A DNA stretch of 63,377 nt, filler included, from Trichomonas gallinae (lineage: Eukaryota), in the NCBI GenBank assembly GCA_008369845.1. It is 5 parts of 5 records of this genome, joined end to end, with 100 filler letters (N's around TTAATTAATTAA, not from the genome) between each part and the next. Parts side by side here need not be neighbours in the genome. Positions count along the whole stretch, not along the records: positions 31,922 to 49,459 come from MRSU01000317.1; 4 more parts are not named here. The stretch is one strand, 5' to 3'. The position numbers and the translations under genes are program-made. The notes beneath the pieces were generated by a model. It saw only the letters and a program-made list of their open reading frames with translations, was not told where the DNA came from and made no database searches. This document shows positions 34,542 to 45,915 of this stretch, piece by piece. The first letter of the stretch is position 1; each line of letters starts with the position of its first letter.

Positions 34542-35513
34542 ATGAAAATGAAGAGAGAATCATGGAGTGATTTCTTCGATGGTCGTTACACACCTAAAAA
34601 TGAAACAGTTATCGATGTTCCAGGACAATATCTTGTTTCAAATTGCAAATTCGTTAAACTCAACCAAAACGCGATCAGATTTAGTAATTCATACAATTCA
34701 GAAAATAAATTATTAACCGAATATTGCTACTTTTCTGATGTAAAATCTTTAGATAAAGGATCCGCAATATTCTTTGAGACAACAGGCGAAGTCTGCATGA
34801 ACAGACTTTGTGGTATTAACTGTTATACTAATTCCTATAATGGCCACTTTTCTTACACAGAAGTTACTTATCTTAAAACTGATTCGAAGAATTTTATGAA
34901 TTTTTCATCAGTTATTTCATGTGGTCAGACAAAAAAAGGATATTATGTATGTAATTTTATATATGGAAAAGCCCAAATGAGTCAGACAAACTTTTCGAAT
35001 TGCAAAGCAGATCAAGGATCAGGTTTTATGTTTCTTTGGACGAAATCTCCATCTTTTTCAGAATTGTCTGTATTTGAAAATGGAACAGTATATAGTTTAG
35101 TTGCTTATATGCAAATATGCACAGATACACAAATATATAAATCTAATTTCATCAACAACGAAAATGGTACATGCTTTTTAAATCGCGGATGCGGTAAATC
35201 AGTAGTTGAAGATTGCATATTTGTTAACAACTCGGCGAATCCATTGTTTATGTCAATAGAACACACAACACTCACAATCATTCATTGCTATTTTGAAAAC
35301 CAAGAGATAAAATATGGCTCGTATGTTGAAGGTACATTCGATACATCATCTCAGGCAACAGATAAATTTGATAATAAACTTTATGATTTGAAACCATGCG
35401 AAGCTTTAGAATTATTCTTATTAAAGAAAAGTAAAAAGTTTGTTAAAACATGTAGATGCGCTACTAGAAATGGAAAGCTTCTTTCTTTATTTATTTTTCG
35501 AATTGTAGTCTAA
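34542..35513 (+). CDS. Trichomonad beta-helix-like (pectin-lyase-like) repeat protein
   Basis: WSDFF start; repeated xSNCxF / TNFSNC / DCIFVNN units; C-terminal C..C motif. Confidence 0.7.
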   Translation: MKMKRESWSDFFDGRYTPKNETVIDVPGQYLVSNCKFVKLNQNAIRFSNSYNSENKLLTEYCYFSDVKSLDKGSAIFFETTGEVCMNRLCGINCYTNSYNGHFSYTEVTYLKTDSKNFMNFSSVISCGQTKKGYYVCNFIYGKAQMSQTNFSNCKADQGSGFMFLWTKSPSFSELSVFENGTVYSLVAYMQICTDTQIYKSNFINNENGTCFLNRGCGKSVVEDCIFVNNSANPLFMSIEHTTLTIIHCYFENQEIKYGSYVEGTFDTSSQATDKFDNKLYDLKPCEALELFLLKKSKKFVKTCRCATRNGKLLSLFIFRIVV

Positions 35514-35957
35514 ACATAGATATCTAGCAAAAGTATGTGATTTTATGGCATATATTTAATCAGAAACATACATGGAAAATGATACTTAATATTTAGAGCT
35601 TTACTTATTATCTTTATTTTCAGCGAACGAAATGAGCATTTTAAATGCTATCAAGAAGAACTTTACATGGATATTTTGTGATAGTATCCATGTTATAGTG
35701 TATGAATTATGACATTTTTGATGAAGATTATTAAAAATTAAATTATGACTGAATCCTTCGGAATAAAGAATATGTGCACTATATGCATGTTATCTCCAAA
35801 ACATAAGAAGCCAAATCTTGACATTATCTCTATCAAAATAATTTTTCCATTTTTTGTTGATTTTCTCGATGATTTCATGCATTATATATCATAAAAACGC
35901 CAAAAATCGAATAAAAAACACATCGTCTAAAAAAAGATAAAAAATTTATAAAATTTC

Positions 35958-38900
35958 ATGAATCCGAGTTTTGTCGAATTTGACCAAGAATTGCACAAAT
36001 TTTCTGGATTCATGATGCCCGAGAATGTCAGGAATGTTGTGGCTGCGGCACTAAAGGAGATAAACGATCCTGAGTTTATTATTCCAGTTGATTCATCAAA
36101 ATCAGCAATCTTGCAGGCAATTTCGGAAATTCTCAAAACAAAAAAGTCAGCTAAGATCTCTAATCCACTTATCTGCCAAATCTGCGTTTTATTATCAAAT
36201 TATTTTATTCGTGACGATGCAGCAACTCAAATCGTTCGCAATATCGAATCTAGTCTGCATATAATGGACCAAAACACATCACTTAAAGTCATCCAATTGA
36301 CAACAACTATCTTCCAGGATCACATTTTGCGCGCAACAACAGTACAGTCGATTTTTTCGATTGTAATCAATCTAAGCAGCGCTACAGATACAATTGTTCG
36401 CACTTCTGCACGCGCAGCTGCAGAACAACTCTTAAAACAGTTCAATAATTCAATATTTCAAACAAAATCAAATGTTGTTACGGAAATAAAGCGCGATATC
36501 GATATATCTTTATCACTAATCGAAGAAATACCCAAATCCATCGAGAAACATACAGAAAAACTCGCTTTCGTATTATATCGTGATTTAATTAAATTATGTG
36601 ATCACAAGAAAACGAGCTGGTTACGTGTAGAAAACATCAGCCCTGACTTCGGATTCTTTTTATTGGAGTATATCGTCAATACAAACTTTTATTCTAATTT
36701 ATATGCTGAAGCAGTTAACATAGCAATAGCACAGAAGGCACCAATAGACTTTTTCGTGTCAGTTTTCGAGGAAATGATAAAGAAAGCACCAGGTCAAGCT
36801 GTTATAATAATCAATTCTTTCCTTACAGACTTAGTTCCTAAAGGAGCTAACGCGGACAGGGCTTTAAAGTTCTTTTTGATTGCGTTTACAAGGTCATTGA
36901 ACACGATTCCGCTTTTATTAAGTAATTGCGATCGAGAAGCAAATTTATTACAAGCAGTTGTTCACAATCTCAAGCCTTTCTGTGATTCTTTCGTCGGAAA
37001 TGGCAAATTCGACGTCTCAATTAATGCTAAAGTCGTGAATAAACTTGCACCACCAGAATTATTCGAATCTGGACCAATTGACATCGCAGTTTCCTTCATA
37101 CAGACAGCTTATAAGGTTAAAAGTGAGAACATCAAGAAATTAATACAATTAACGTGGAATGATTTATTGATGATGATTTCAATTTCACTTCCATTCATTT
37201 CTGATGATTGCATTTACTTAAGTATTCAATCACTTACATTTTTGATCATATTGGCGAACGAATTAAACATCGATGACGCGAGAGTTGCATTATCTTGCAC
37301 TTTTTGCACGTGCTTAGCTTCATCTCAGGATTCAATTAGAAATGGTTCATTCGAAACACTTACTACATTGATAGAAAATGCTCCAACTGCTTTTGTTGGA
37401 AATTGGGGAAAAATCTTCCAGGCTTTAATGAGTTTTGGATGGATCCCAGAAACAGGTGAGTTCTCAACGAAATTAAATGATGATCAAATCATTGAAGTTG
37501 TTTTATCATTATTATCAATTAACTGCGAATCAAAGAAATGGCCACTTCAGTTTATTATCAGATTGCTCTGCTCCAATAATAACAGATTCCACATCCTTTG
37601 GCAGTCACTTGAAGGATATTTATTATTGATGATGGATGATCATCAGTCATCAAATGAAGCACTTTCCGCTTATCTTTCCTTGCTCCAGGAAAACTTCACG
37701 GAAGAAACAGAATGCGATTTATTGATTACTTTCGAAAGATTATTCGCTGGAAGAAGAAAAATGGAAGTTGAAGGTAGATCAATTCTTTTAGACACAATCA
37801 AAGCAATTTTGGCACAGAAAGGAACAATAATTAAACAAGGCTGGCCACATTTAATCAACGCATTAAGTCCAAAGAACTTCCACGACGAAGAAGACATCTT
37901 AGCCATGTCTTTCAGATGTGTGCAGATCATATGCGGTGATTTGCTCTTCTTGTTAGACATTGAAACAAAAATGTTATCAACAAATCTTTTCTTTGAGTTC
38001 GCTTTGCAGACAACAGACATCAATGTTGCTCTTTCTGCATTCGAATTGATGTGGTCTGTCATCGCAATGGCGAAAACAAGCGAAATGTGGAAATTAATTT
38101 TCTCCAGGTTAGTTTCTTTGATCAAAGACAGACGAAATGATGTTGCTTTATGCGCAGCGAGAACATTCTTCTCCTTAATTATGAGCAACATCAACAATTT
38201 ACCAGATGATGTTGTCGAATTCATTCCAACAGACTGTTTCATTCCAATTCTCAACGGTGTCCCTGAATCTAACCAGGAGACAGAAGCAACGGAGCAGCTT
38301 GTTCTCTACGAATTAGCACACGTAGCAAGAGCAATGTGGCAAAAGTTTTCTCACATCGAAATCTTCCCAGTAACATTCATTAGGAGTTTAATTTTGCAGC
38401 AAGAACTGTTCTTCAAGAGAGTAACTAAACGAGACATATCATCTCTCGCTCTGCAATTCTATGAAGAAATATTATTAACGAAAGAACTCTCAAGTGATGT
38501 TTATTCTTATTTAATGGATTCAGTAGAGTCAGTAGCACGATTTTCAGCTGAATCTAATGATGCGAACAGCGCGATTTGGTCATCATGGTCTAGAGTAATA
38601 AGGAACACATTCCCTGTCCTCAAAGAATCAATGAACATGGACTTATTATGTAGGTGGCTGAAAATTTTCAAACTGTTTTTGATAGACTTAGATTGCGGCA
38701 AGTTTTTGCCACCAACAGCACACAAGAGTTTCGAGTCATTGACGTTATTATATCCTATGACAGATGAGATGTCAATGGAAGTCTACAAGTTCTGCATAAT
38801 GTGCGCAGCGCAAACTAAAAATCAGCCGCTTTCTGACATGGCACTGCAAACCATGTCGAATATATGCGAAGAAAAAGTTCCACAAGAAGAATTACCGCAA

Positions 38901-39470
38901 TTATTCATTCTATCGAAAGAAATCTTCCATTTAAGTGGTGCGAGAAGACTATTATTGTATTTCGTCGACAACAACATTAAAATACCAGAAGAAAAAATCT
39001 TAAATGTTTTCGATTCTATTGTTGAATTCGGAAAAAGTGATATTGCATTAAAACCAAAGACAGGAGCTTGTATTACAAAATTCTTCTTAAAACTCGATCA
39101 CGAGCGCCAGGATATATTCTTTAGCGAATACAAACCATTCATGAGGCCGATGCTCGCGATTTGGGAAATGTATTTAGACAATCAGTCAGAAACTTACGAC
39201 AAAGATGCTGCTACGAGATATACGAAGTTAGTTATTGAATCTGTTGCTGAAATATTAAGAAATACGAAATCATTTGATGAAATGATAGAAATTTTATTAT
39301 TTATTGAAAAATCTAATACAGATCCAGAGGTTTTCGTCGAAGGATCAGTATCTACACATGAACACTTGATAGAAATGCTTCCTGCAATTTCGTGTTTATT
39401 AGATCGCGAAAAATCAGAAATAATATTAGCTATCCAGAAAATTTTGTGTCGAATATCGTTAAGAAAATAA
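35958..39470 (+). CDS. MON2: MON2-like Golgi/endosome HEAT scaffold
   Basis: 1170-aa all-helical protein with SLKVIQL (DCB-like), KQGWPHL, SFRCVQIICGDLL, QTTDINVALSAFELMW and DRRNDVALCAARTFF resembling Mon2/Sec7 C-terminal motifs; no Sec7 catalytic motif seen. Confidence 0.75.
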   Translation: MNPSFVEFDQELHKFSGFMMPENVRNVVAAALKEINDPEFIIPVDSSKSAILQAISEILKTKKSAKISNPLICQICVLLSNYFIRDDAATQIVRNIESSLHIMDQNTSLKVIQLTTTIFQDHILRATTVQSIFSIVINLSSATDTIVRTSARAAAEQLLKQFNNSIFQTKSNVVTEIKRDIDISLSLIEEIPKSIEKHTEKLAFVLYRDLIKLCDHKKTSWLRVENISPDFGFFLLEYIVNTNFYSNLYAEAVNIAIAQKAPIDFFVSVFEEMIKKAPGQAVIIINSFLTDLVPKGANADRALKFFLIAFTRSLNTIPLLLSNCDREANLLQAVVHNLKPFCDSFVGNGKFDVSINAKVVNKLAPPELFESGPIDIAVSFIQTAYKVKSENIKKLIQLTWNDLLMMISISLPFISDDCIYLSIQSLTFLIILANELNIDDARVALSCTFCTCLASSQDSIRNGSFETLTTLIENAPTAFVGNWGKIFQALMSFGWIPETGEFSTKLNDDQIIEVVLSLLSINCESKKWPLQFIIRLLCSNNNRFHILWQSLEGYLLLMMDDHQSSNEALSAYLSLLQENFTEETECDLLITFERLFAGRRKMEVEGRSILLDTIKAILAQKGTIIKQGWPHLINALSPKNFHDEEDILAMSFRCVQIICGDLLFLLDIETKMLSTNLFFEFALQTTDINVALSAFELMWSVIAMAKTSEMWKLIFSRLVSLIKDRRNDVALCAARTFFSLIMSNINNLPDDVVEFIPTDCFIPILNGVPESNQETEATEQLVLYELAHVARAMWQKFSHIEIFPVTFIRSLILQQELFFKRVTKRDISSLALQFYEEILLTKELSSDVYSYLMDSVESVARFSAESNDANSAIWSSWSRVIRNTFPVLKESMNMDLLCRWLKIFKLFLIDLDCGKFLPPTAHKSFESLTLLYPMTDEMSMEVYKFCIMCAAQTKNQPLSDMALQTMSNICEEKVPQEELPQLFILSKEIFHLSGARRLLLYFVDNNIKIPEEKILNVFDSIVEFGKSDIALKPKTGACITKFFLKLDHERQDIFFSEYKPFMRPMLAIWEMYLDNQSETYDKDAATRYTKLVIESVAEILRNTKSFDEMIEILLFIEKSNTDPEVFVEGSVSTHEHLIEMLPAISCLLDREKSEIILAIQKILCRISLRK

Positions 39471-39531
39471 AAATATCATGTTTCTATTACAAAAAAATCA
39501 AGTTTAAAATTACATAATTACAAAATAGGAA

Positions 39532-40353
39532 TTATTTGGGAGTTCTCATTGGACTCTTCAATGTCTTACTCAGAGACTTATTACGTGGCGATTTTGCGGT
39601 CGATGCTAATGATGTTTGATTTAAATCAACATTTTCTGCCATTATCTGAACAGTTTTAATCTGATTTTCTTCTGTAAGCGGTCCTAGGCCTAGTTTTAGC
39701 GAGACAGAATTCAATTCTCCGTTCTTTCTGTTGACTTCTGCTTGAAGATTCGAGCGAATTGTTTTAATAGCGTTTTGAAGCTTCTCATTGCAATGAGCTA
39801 ACTGTGCTTCTTGTCTTGTTGTCATTACTATCTTATCCTGCTGGAATTTATTAATTAGATCATCGATTCTCTGTTGGACAACACGGCTTCTAATCTGTTC
39901 ATATTCATACATTGATGCTTCTGCAACGTCGAAGTTGCCTAAATTAGCCTGCTTTTGAGCATATAACTTAACATTTTCTGCTTCTGGTACTGGCCTTGTA
40001 TTTGCTTTCTCTAACTCTATGGCAAGCTTATCATCAAGATCCTGGTTCTCTCTCTGATGTTTAGCTCTTAATGTAAGCAAGCGTTTCTGAAATGCGTTGA
40101 TCGTTTCAGTTTCGGTTTGATTTGCTCTCATTTGCGTTTGGATAATTTCTTTTCCTATTGATTCACGGGTGATGTTAAATTTCAATTTCGATGTCAGCAT
40201 CTTTTTCTCGTATTCCGAATCAGATTTCTGTTTTGAGAGGGATTTGATGTGTGCATCAAGTGCTTTTGCGCGCGCAAAGTCACATTCTTTAATCGCTTTC
40301 TTCAATTCTGCCTTGAGAACAGACAAATCAGATGAAATCTGGCTGCTCTTCAT
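39532..40353 (-). CDS. Coiled-coil protein
   Basis: 273 aa, heptad-rich, with KKAIKECDFARA and ANLGNFDVAE helical-hairpin-like motifs and an SP/TP-rich tail. Confidence 0.8.
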   Translation of the reverse strand: MKSSQISSDLSVLKAELKKAIKECDFARAKALDAHIKSLSKQKSDSEYEKKMLTSKLKFNITRESIGKEIIQTQMRANQTETETINAFQKRLLTLRAKHQRENQDLDDKLAIELEKANTRPVPEAENVKLYAQKQANLGNFDVAEASMYEYEQIRSRVVQQRIDDLINKFQQDKIVMTTRQEAQLAHCNEKLQNAIKTIRSNLQAEVNRKNGELNSVSLKLGLGPLTEENQIKTVQIMAENVDLNQTSLASTAKSPRNKSLSKTLKSPMRTPK

Positions 40354-40612
40354 TTGTTGTTATGTACGTTTAAAAATCGATTTCTCCAAACGTACAAAGA
40401 ATTGACGCAATTCGACACTGTTACATGCATTTATTCGACCAACGGCAATATTTTATCGTATTAAACGAGAAATTCTTTACAAATTTCAAAATTGAAAAAA
40501 ATATAAGATGACAGGTGATTGATTTAAGATGACCATTCTACTATTTACACTCGACATCATAATTCATTTCCATTAATTTTGATTTTTTATGATATATTTT
40601 TTCATCAAATTA

Positions 40613-40840
40613 TATTTCAAAATTGAACAAAATCATTTATATCAAATTGCAAACTTCTTTATGGTTAATTTATAATTTCTCTCATTTTATTTGTATTTTT
40701 GATTTTTGATGATTTATAGTTTTAAATAATTTTTATTTCAAAATTGAACAAAATCATTATTCCCAAATGTCAATATTCTTCATAGTTAATTTATAAATTT
40801 CTCAATTTTGCTTATTATTCGATTTTATTTATAGTTAAAA
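40613..40840 (+). repeat. Imperfect tandem duplication, period about 121 bp
   Basis: TATTTCAAAATTGAACAAAATCATT is identical at 40613 and 40734, with continuing similarity (GTTAATTTATAA). Confidence 0.8.
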
Positions 40841-41049
40841 AATTATTTTGATTTATGTTCATTTGTTTATAATATAATATTAATATCTTGAAAAATAAGA
40901 TAGTGATAAAAGAAAAATGATCTAAGATGAAAGTTTTTAAAATTGGAAATAAAAAATATTTTTTTTTCATATTTTTTTGAAATAAGGTGAGTTAGATCAA
41001 ATAATAAACAGATAATAGTTAAACACAAGAAAAAGACATATTTATTTTC

Positions 41050-41766
41050 TCACTCAAGAATAGTTTCAAGAGCGATCTCTGCTGATAGCGAAACAATATC
41101 CGGGTAGCATAACTCTGTTGCCCTATCCCTGACAGAAGCAGCGTTTTCTGATGTTAAATTTTGGCGAAGCGATGAAATCGCTAAATAATCTATTTCCGCT
41201 GGATCTCTAAACTCGTATGTTGATCCAGATCCAATTAATTCAACCAAACCGACAGCTGATGTGAAATTGAAATCTCCAGTATAAATATATTCTGCCCACA
41301 TTATTAAAGCGTCACCATTCATCTTGTCCATTTTCATACTCCTGATTTCCGGGTCTTCTCTGAACAAATTTCTGAAATATTGGCTTCGCGTTGCTAACAT
41401 GTATTTGTGAATTGGCAAAGTCATTTCGCCATTCTCGGCAATTAATTCGAAATCGCATGTATTTGTGTCGTGGAGTAATGTCAGCATATCTTTTTCGTAT
41501 GTTGAGTCGAAGGGAAGCATTTCGATTATTTTGCAAGTCTTAAACGCTGGTAAATTTGTTCTTGAAACTGGTGTATTTCCGTATAAATGCTCGAGAATTG
41601 TCTGTACTGTGTTCGTAGGTAAAACGGAGAGTTTTTTCAACGCCATTGATTGACTTTTAGCGAATAAAGCCCATCTACACTTCATCAATGGTATGAAAAC
41701 TTTAGCAACGACACCTTCGCGTGATTTTATCTCAATGAGTTGATTCTGCCAAGGTGGAGTTGTCAT
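41050..41766 (-). CDS. BTB/POZ-domain protein
   Basis: CDFELI...PIHKYMLATRSQYFRNLF...EYIYTG. ATG 41766 is preferred because of the directly upstream TTCATT initiators; the ORF track starts at 41844. Confidence 0.85.
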   Translation of the reverse strand: MTTPPWQNQLIEIKSREGVVAKVFIPLMKCRWALFAKSQSMALKKLSVLPTNTVQTILEHLYGNTPVSRTNLPAFKTCKIIEMLPFDSTYEKDMLTLLHDTNTCDFELIAENGEMTLPIHKYMLATRSQYFRNLFREDPEIRSMKMDKMNGDALIMWAEYIYTGDFNFTSAVGLVELIGSGSTYEFRDPAEIDYLAISSLRQNLTSENAASVRDRATELCYPDIVSLSAEIALETILE

Positions 41767-42291
41767 CAATGAAAAATAATGAAAAAAATTTATTTCAGAA
41801 AGTTGCCTTTGCGTGAATAGATCCATAACATTATTATAATACATTTGGAATCAACAAATTTTTAATATCCCTAGATTTAATCATGAAAAAATTTCATTTC
41901 TAAATAATATTCAAAAATTTTGATTGTATTAGAATATATATAAGTAATAGATATGAAATATAAATGAAAAATAAATTTTGACAATTTTTAGATTATTTGG
42001 CAAAAACCTTACAATAATTTCATCTTAATATGTAAAAAGATAAATTAAATAAAAATCTTTAAGAGTTTGAGTTTAGTTATACATATATGTGATGATTAAT
42101 TCAATAACTCCAAATAAATATTAATAACCAAAAGAATATAGTTTCATGCAATTGTAACCTGAATTACCCAGATATGCATAGATATGGACATACTTTATCA
42201 GTTATATCATTAACTTTTTGAAATAAATTAAAAAATAATAATTTTTGAAATATATAATAAGTATTTAAGATACAACAACATAAAAGACAAT

Positions 42292-43785
42292 TTATGAGAA
42301 AACACCAAGAGCTGTTTTGAGGGAATCGAAAATAGAATTAAATTCAGCTTCGTCACCTCTGCGGAGTCTTCCAAGGATGGTGATATCATCTGATGTTCTG
42401 TATGAAGCCTCGAGAATTATATAGAAATTCGACTCTTCATTTCTTGCAATTATGTATTGAGGGTCAGGATGGAACAACTGCATTCCGTTTGTACTTAAAA
42501 ACGTCTGAATATTGAACATAATCTGCCAAATGTTCATTCCGTATGTATCGAAAACGTCTTCTGCAATTGAATCTAAATCTTCGACGATATTCCAATCTTG
42601 ATGGTTAGCAATAGACATAGCTCCCATAGACAAGCTTTCTGATGGAGAAACTAAGTGTCTCTGGAACGCATCATGATGATCGTTCTTGAAACTCGGCATT
42701 TTGACTGCGCGCATGATTGCTTCCTGCCCAAGTTCCTCTGTTTCGTCGATAATCGCCTGATTCCAAGGCAAAGAGTCAAGATCCAATCTTTCCTGTAACA
42801 TTGAAAGAAAAACTTTGGCCATTGTATTTTCTGTAGATTTAAGCTGCTCTTCGAGTTCATCGTTCTTGAAGCCGATCTGGCGAAGATTTTCAAGTAAATC
42901 TGGCTTAATTGTAGAAATATCTATCGGCTCAAGCATCGAAAACTGAACTGGGCTCGGAAATACGTATTTCTCGTTGATACCGATCCTGAATGCTGGATGC
43001 TGCTTGATTTCGGCGATCGAAATTCTCTGCTGTGGATCTACAGTAAGAATCTTATGTAATAAGTCGCGAATTTCTGGCCTGAAGTTTGGCATCTGGAAGT
43101 TTCCGCGCTTAACCTTGTGTAGAAGTGTTCGAATCGAAGGATCATCGAAAGGAAGATAACCTGCTAAAAGTGCAAATAATATGACACCGCAGCTCCAAAT
43201 ATCTGCCTTCCTGCCATCGTATGGATGACCGTTGATGACTTCTGGAGCCGCATAATGCGGAGATCCACAAGAAGTCTCAGCGATATTTGATCTAACCCAT
43301 CTGGCGAATCCGAAATCAGCTATTTTAACCCTAGTCGCTTCGTCGAGCAATATATTTTCAGGTTTCAAGTCGCGATGACAAATTCCGTAAGAGTGTAAGT
43401 ATTCAATCGCCAAAATAATTTGTCTGAAGAAATCCAAGGCTTGGTCTTCCGGCAATACTCGTCTTGAGATTAAATAGTCGAACAATTCGCCCTGTTTAGC
43501 GTATTCTAGCACAATATAAAGATGTCGTGGAGATTCGAGTACATCTAGAAGTTTCATAATATTCGGGTGGTTCGTTAATCGCATGAGCGCGCATTCTCGA
43601 TGCACTTTTTCTTGCAGGTCTGCCCGCTTTTCGAAGCTACTCTTTGGAATGATTTTAATTGCCACGTTTTCGTTCGTTTCTTTGTTCATCGCAAGCTTGA
43701 CTTTGCCCGTGGTGCCTTCACCGAGAGTGCGCATGAAGATGTAATTGCCAACGCAGTGCTCGCTTCCGCCAGAAGGTTTCTGCAT
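42292..43785 (-). CDS. BRSK/Nim1-like AMPK-related (CAMKL) kinase
   Basis: LGEGTTGKVKLA, HRDLKPEN, DFG, TSCGSPHYAAPE, UBA-like region and a KA1-like C-terminus. Confidence 0.9.
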   Translation of the reverse strand: MQKPSGGSEHCVGNYIFMRTLGEGTTGKVKLAMNKETNENVAIKIIPKSSFEKRADLQEKVHRECALMRLTNHPNIMKLLDVLESPRHLYIVLEYAKQGELFDYLISRRVLPEDQALDFFRQIILAIEYLHSYGICHRDLKPENILLDEATRVKIADFGFARWVRSNIAETSCGSPHYAAPEVINGHPYDGRKADIWSCGVILFALLAGYLPFDDPSIRTLLHKVKRGNFQMPNFRPEIRDLLHKILTVDPQQRISIAEIKQHPAFRIGINEKYVFPSPVQFSMLEPIDISTIKPDLLENLRQIGFKNDELEEQLKSTENTMAKVFLSMLQERLDLDSLPWNQAIIDETEELGQEAIMRAVKMPSFKNDHHDAFQRHLVSPSESLSMGAMSIANHQDWNIVEDLDSIAEDVFDTYGMNIWQIMFNIQTFLSTNGMQLFHPDPQYIIARNEESNFYIILEASYRTSDDITILGRLRRGDEAEFNSIFDSLKTALGVFS

Positions 43786-43793
43786 CGAAATTT

Positions 43794-43853
43794 TGTCACG
43801 TTTTTTGGGTTGTCACTTTTATTGTCACGTTTTATCGATCGAATGTCACTTTT
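43794..43853 (-). promoter_or_regulatory. Four copies of AAA[A/C]GTGACA core-promoter-like motif
   Basis: TGTCAC[G/T]TTT at 43794, 43811, 43823 and 43844, 9-68 bp upstream of ATG 43785; resembles the Trichomonas AAAGTGAC motif. Confidence 0.65.
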
Positions 43854-44029
43854 TATTTCAAAAATTTATTTAAAATTCTTTTATATACATAAACAGTTCT
43901 TTATAATAAGCTTATTTTCGAATTGAGGTGAAAAATTCTCCAAATTTTCCTTCAATTTATTTTTGATTTTAGATTTAGATCAAGTATATATACTCGAATT
44001 TAAATTTTTACTTTTTTATTTCATTCAAT

Positions 44030-44091
44030 TTTAAAAATTATTGGATATTTGGTCGAGCTTTAGTTCGACCAAATATGAGATAATTTTTAAA
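44030..44091. repeat. Near-perfect palindrome (30-bp arms, 2-nt loop)
   Basis: TTTAAAAATTATtggATATTTGGTCGAgCT-TT-AGtTCGACCAAATATgagATAATTTTTAAA; 26 of 30 positions are complementary. Confidence 0.85.
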
Positions 44092-44964
44092 TTTGTTTCG
44101 ATTTTAAATTTTGATGAACGTTAATAAAGAAAAAGATTTATTTTGTTTTATTTTAAATTCTGCATATATTAATGAATATAGATTTTATTTTTTTCGAATT
44201 TCCTTCAATTTTTTCCCTTTTTTTAATTTAAATCTAGTATATATTTATGAAATTAATTTTTGAAATTTTTCCGATTTTTTTACATGAAATTTTGGTTTAA
44301 TAATTTTTGTCATTTTTGTTTCGTGGTCTTATAAACTGAGTTCTATTCATTAATACAATAAAAACTTGCTAATTTAATTGAAATTTAAAACAGTATATAT
44401 AAAATCAGTACTGAGTATAAAATTGCTTACGGGAATATATAGCTTGAAACTGGAAATCTCTTGATAAATGTGTATAGATGAATAATCTATAATTAAATAT
44501 TTTGCAAAAAGAAAATTTAAATTAATTAGAATTTCATTGATTCAAACTATCAGTATTACATTATTTTAAATACATTATTCTCATATGTTACCTTATTATG
44601 ATACAGTTCACAATGATAACTTGAAACATTGCGATTATTCTCTAGGAAATTTTATCGATTTGAAATAACTCAATCCTAAATAAAGTTTTGCCTATTAAAT
44701 CATAGTAATGTGTTCGAAAAATACTTTAATCGTGAAATTTAGCTTATGTCCTAACAGTATAGATATCTCACCATTATAGTAAAGGTGCCAAATTATGAAT
44801 ATTTGAAAATTGATTCACAAAACTTTGTAATTTTAAAGCTTAATTAACTAAACAAAATGTAGATGACGTATAACTGGTTAATTATATGATTAAACAGTTT
44901 TGTATTGTTAGGAAACACATAATTTAAGTCATTAATAACTTATGCTTCTCATCCCGAATAGCAA

Positions 44965-45915
44965 TCATACTTCACCGACTAATATATCTTTCCTGTAGAA
45001 TCGATAAATATATGGAACATAACCTGTTACTTCTGGATTTATTGGATGTTCTGCAAAGCATAAATAGAGACTGAGATGCTTTAAAGGAAGTACTGATGAA
45101 GCATCATTCAAAATTACCGTATGCTCATCATATTTTGTGTTTGCAACACCATTAAACCAAATGAAACTTTTTGAAACATTGATTTCATAAGCATAGAATA
45201 AATAACCTGTTTTGCATGTATTATATACGAAGTTGCAAGAAATAAAGTATTGCTGGTACTGCTTCGTGGATTTTTTGAAGTCAATAGATTTTTGCTGTTT
45301 AATTAATGAAACTTCTGAGGCAGTGTTATTTTCTATTGTGGTGAAGTTTATGTATGTAATGATGTTAGTTATATCAAATACAGTATGTTTTTTGCACTCA
45401 TTTTGTGAAATATTTACATTTTTCGCATAAATTTTTGGATATTTATCAACATTAATTAACGATTGACCTGCTTCGTCTGTGCAATGCACAACAGATGACT
45501 CTTGTAATGATAACCAATAGTTGCCGTCATTTGTGTTAGATACAGATAAAATAATACCTATATTATTATTTAATTCTGTGATGCCATTCGTTTTGGCTAT
45601 ACAACATCTTGCTATTGTTAAATTTTTCGGAAAATGTGTGAATATTGTTCGTCGTCCATTACAATTGGAAAATTCTGTTAAAGAAATCAATATATTTTCA
45701 GAATTTATGATAACTATAGCTCCTTGTCTCATTCCAATGAATGTAGATTGATATATATGATGATTACCGTTAGTTAATTGTAATATCCTTTCATATTTTG
45801 ATGTATGAATAGTGTGATTCTCATCATTATAGTATTTTTTCCATAGTGATCTTTCCGAATCTTCTGTTTCGGACTCAGATTGTAAGGAAAATAGAATAAA
45901 CAAAGCAATAAACAT
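44965..45915 (-). CDS. Secreted-type beta-helix-like family protein (cluster member 1)
   Basis: Signal peptide; FSNC, RCC, LSLQE, VNISQNEC, SCNFVYNTC; ends YIYRFYRK. Confidence 0.8.
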   Translation of the reverse strand: MFIALFILFSLQSESETEDSERSLWKKYYNDENHTIHTSKYERILQLTNGNHHIYQSTFIGMRQGAIVIINSENILISLTEFSNCNGRRTIFTHFPKNLTIARCCIAKTNGITELNNNIGIILSVSNTNDGNYWLSLQESSVVHCTDEAGQSLINVDKYPKIYAKNVNISQNECKKHTVFDITNIITYINFTTIENNTASEVSLIKQQKSIDFKKSTKQYQQYFISCNFVYNTCKTGYLFYAYEINVSKSFIWFNGVANTKYDEHTVILNDASSVLPLKHLSLYLCFAEHPINPEVTGYVPYIYRFYRKDILVGEV

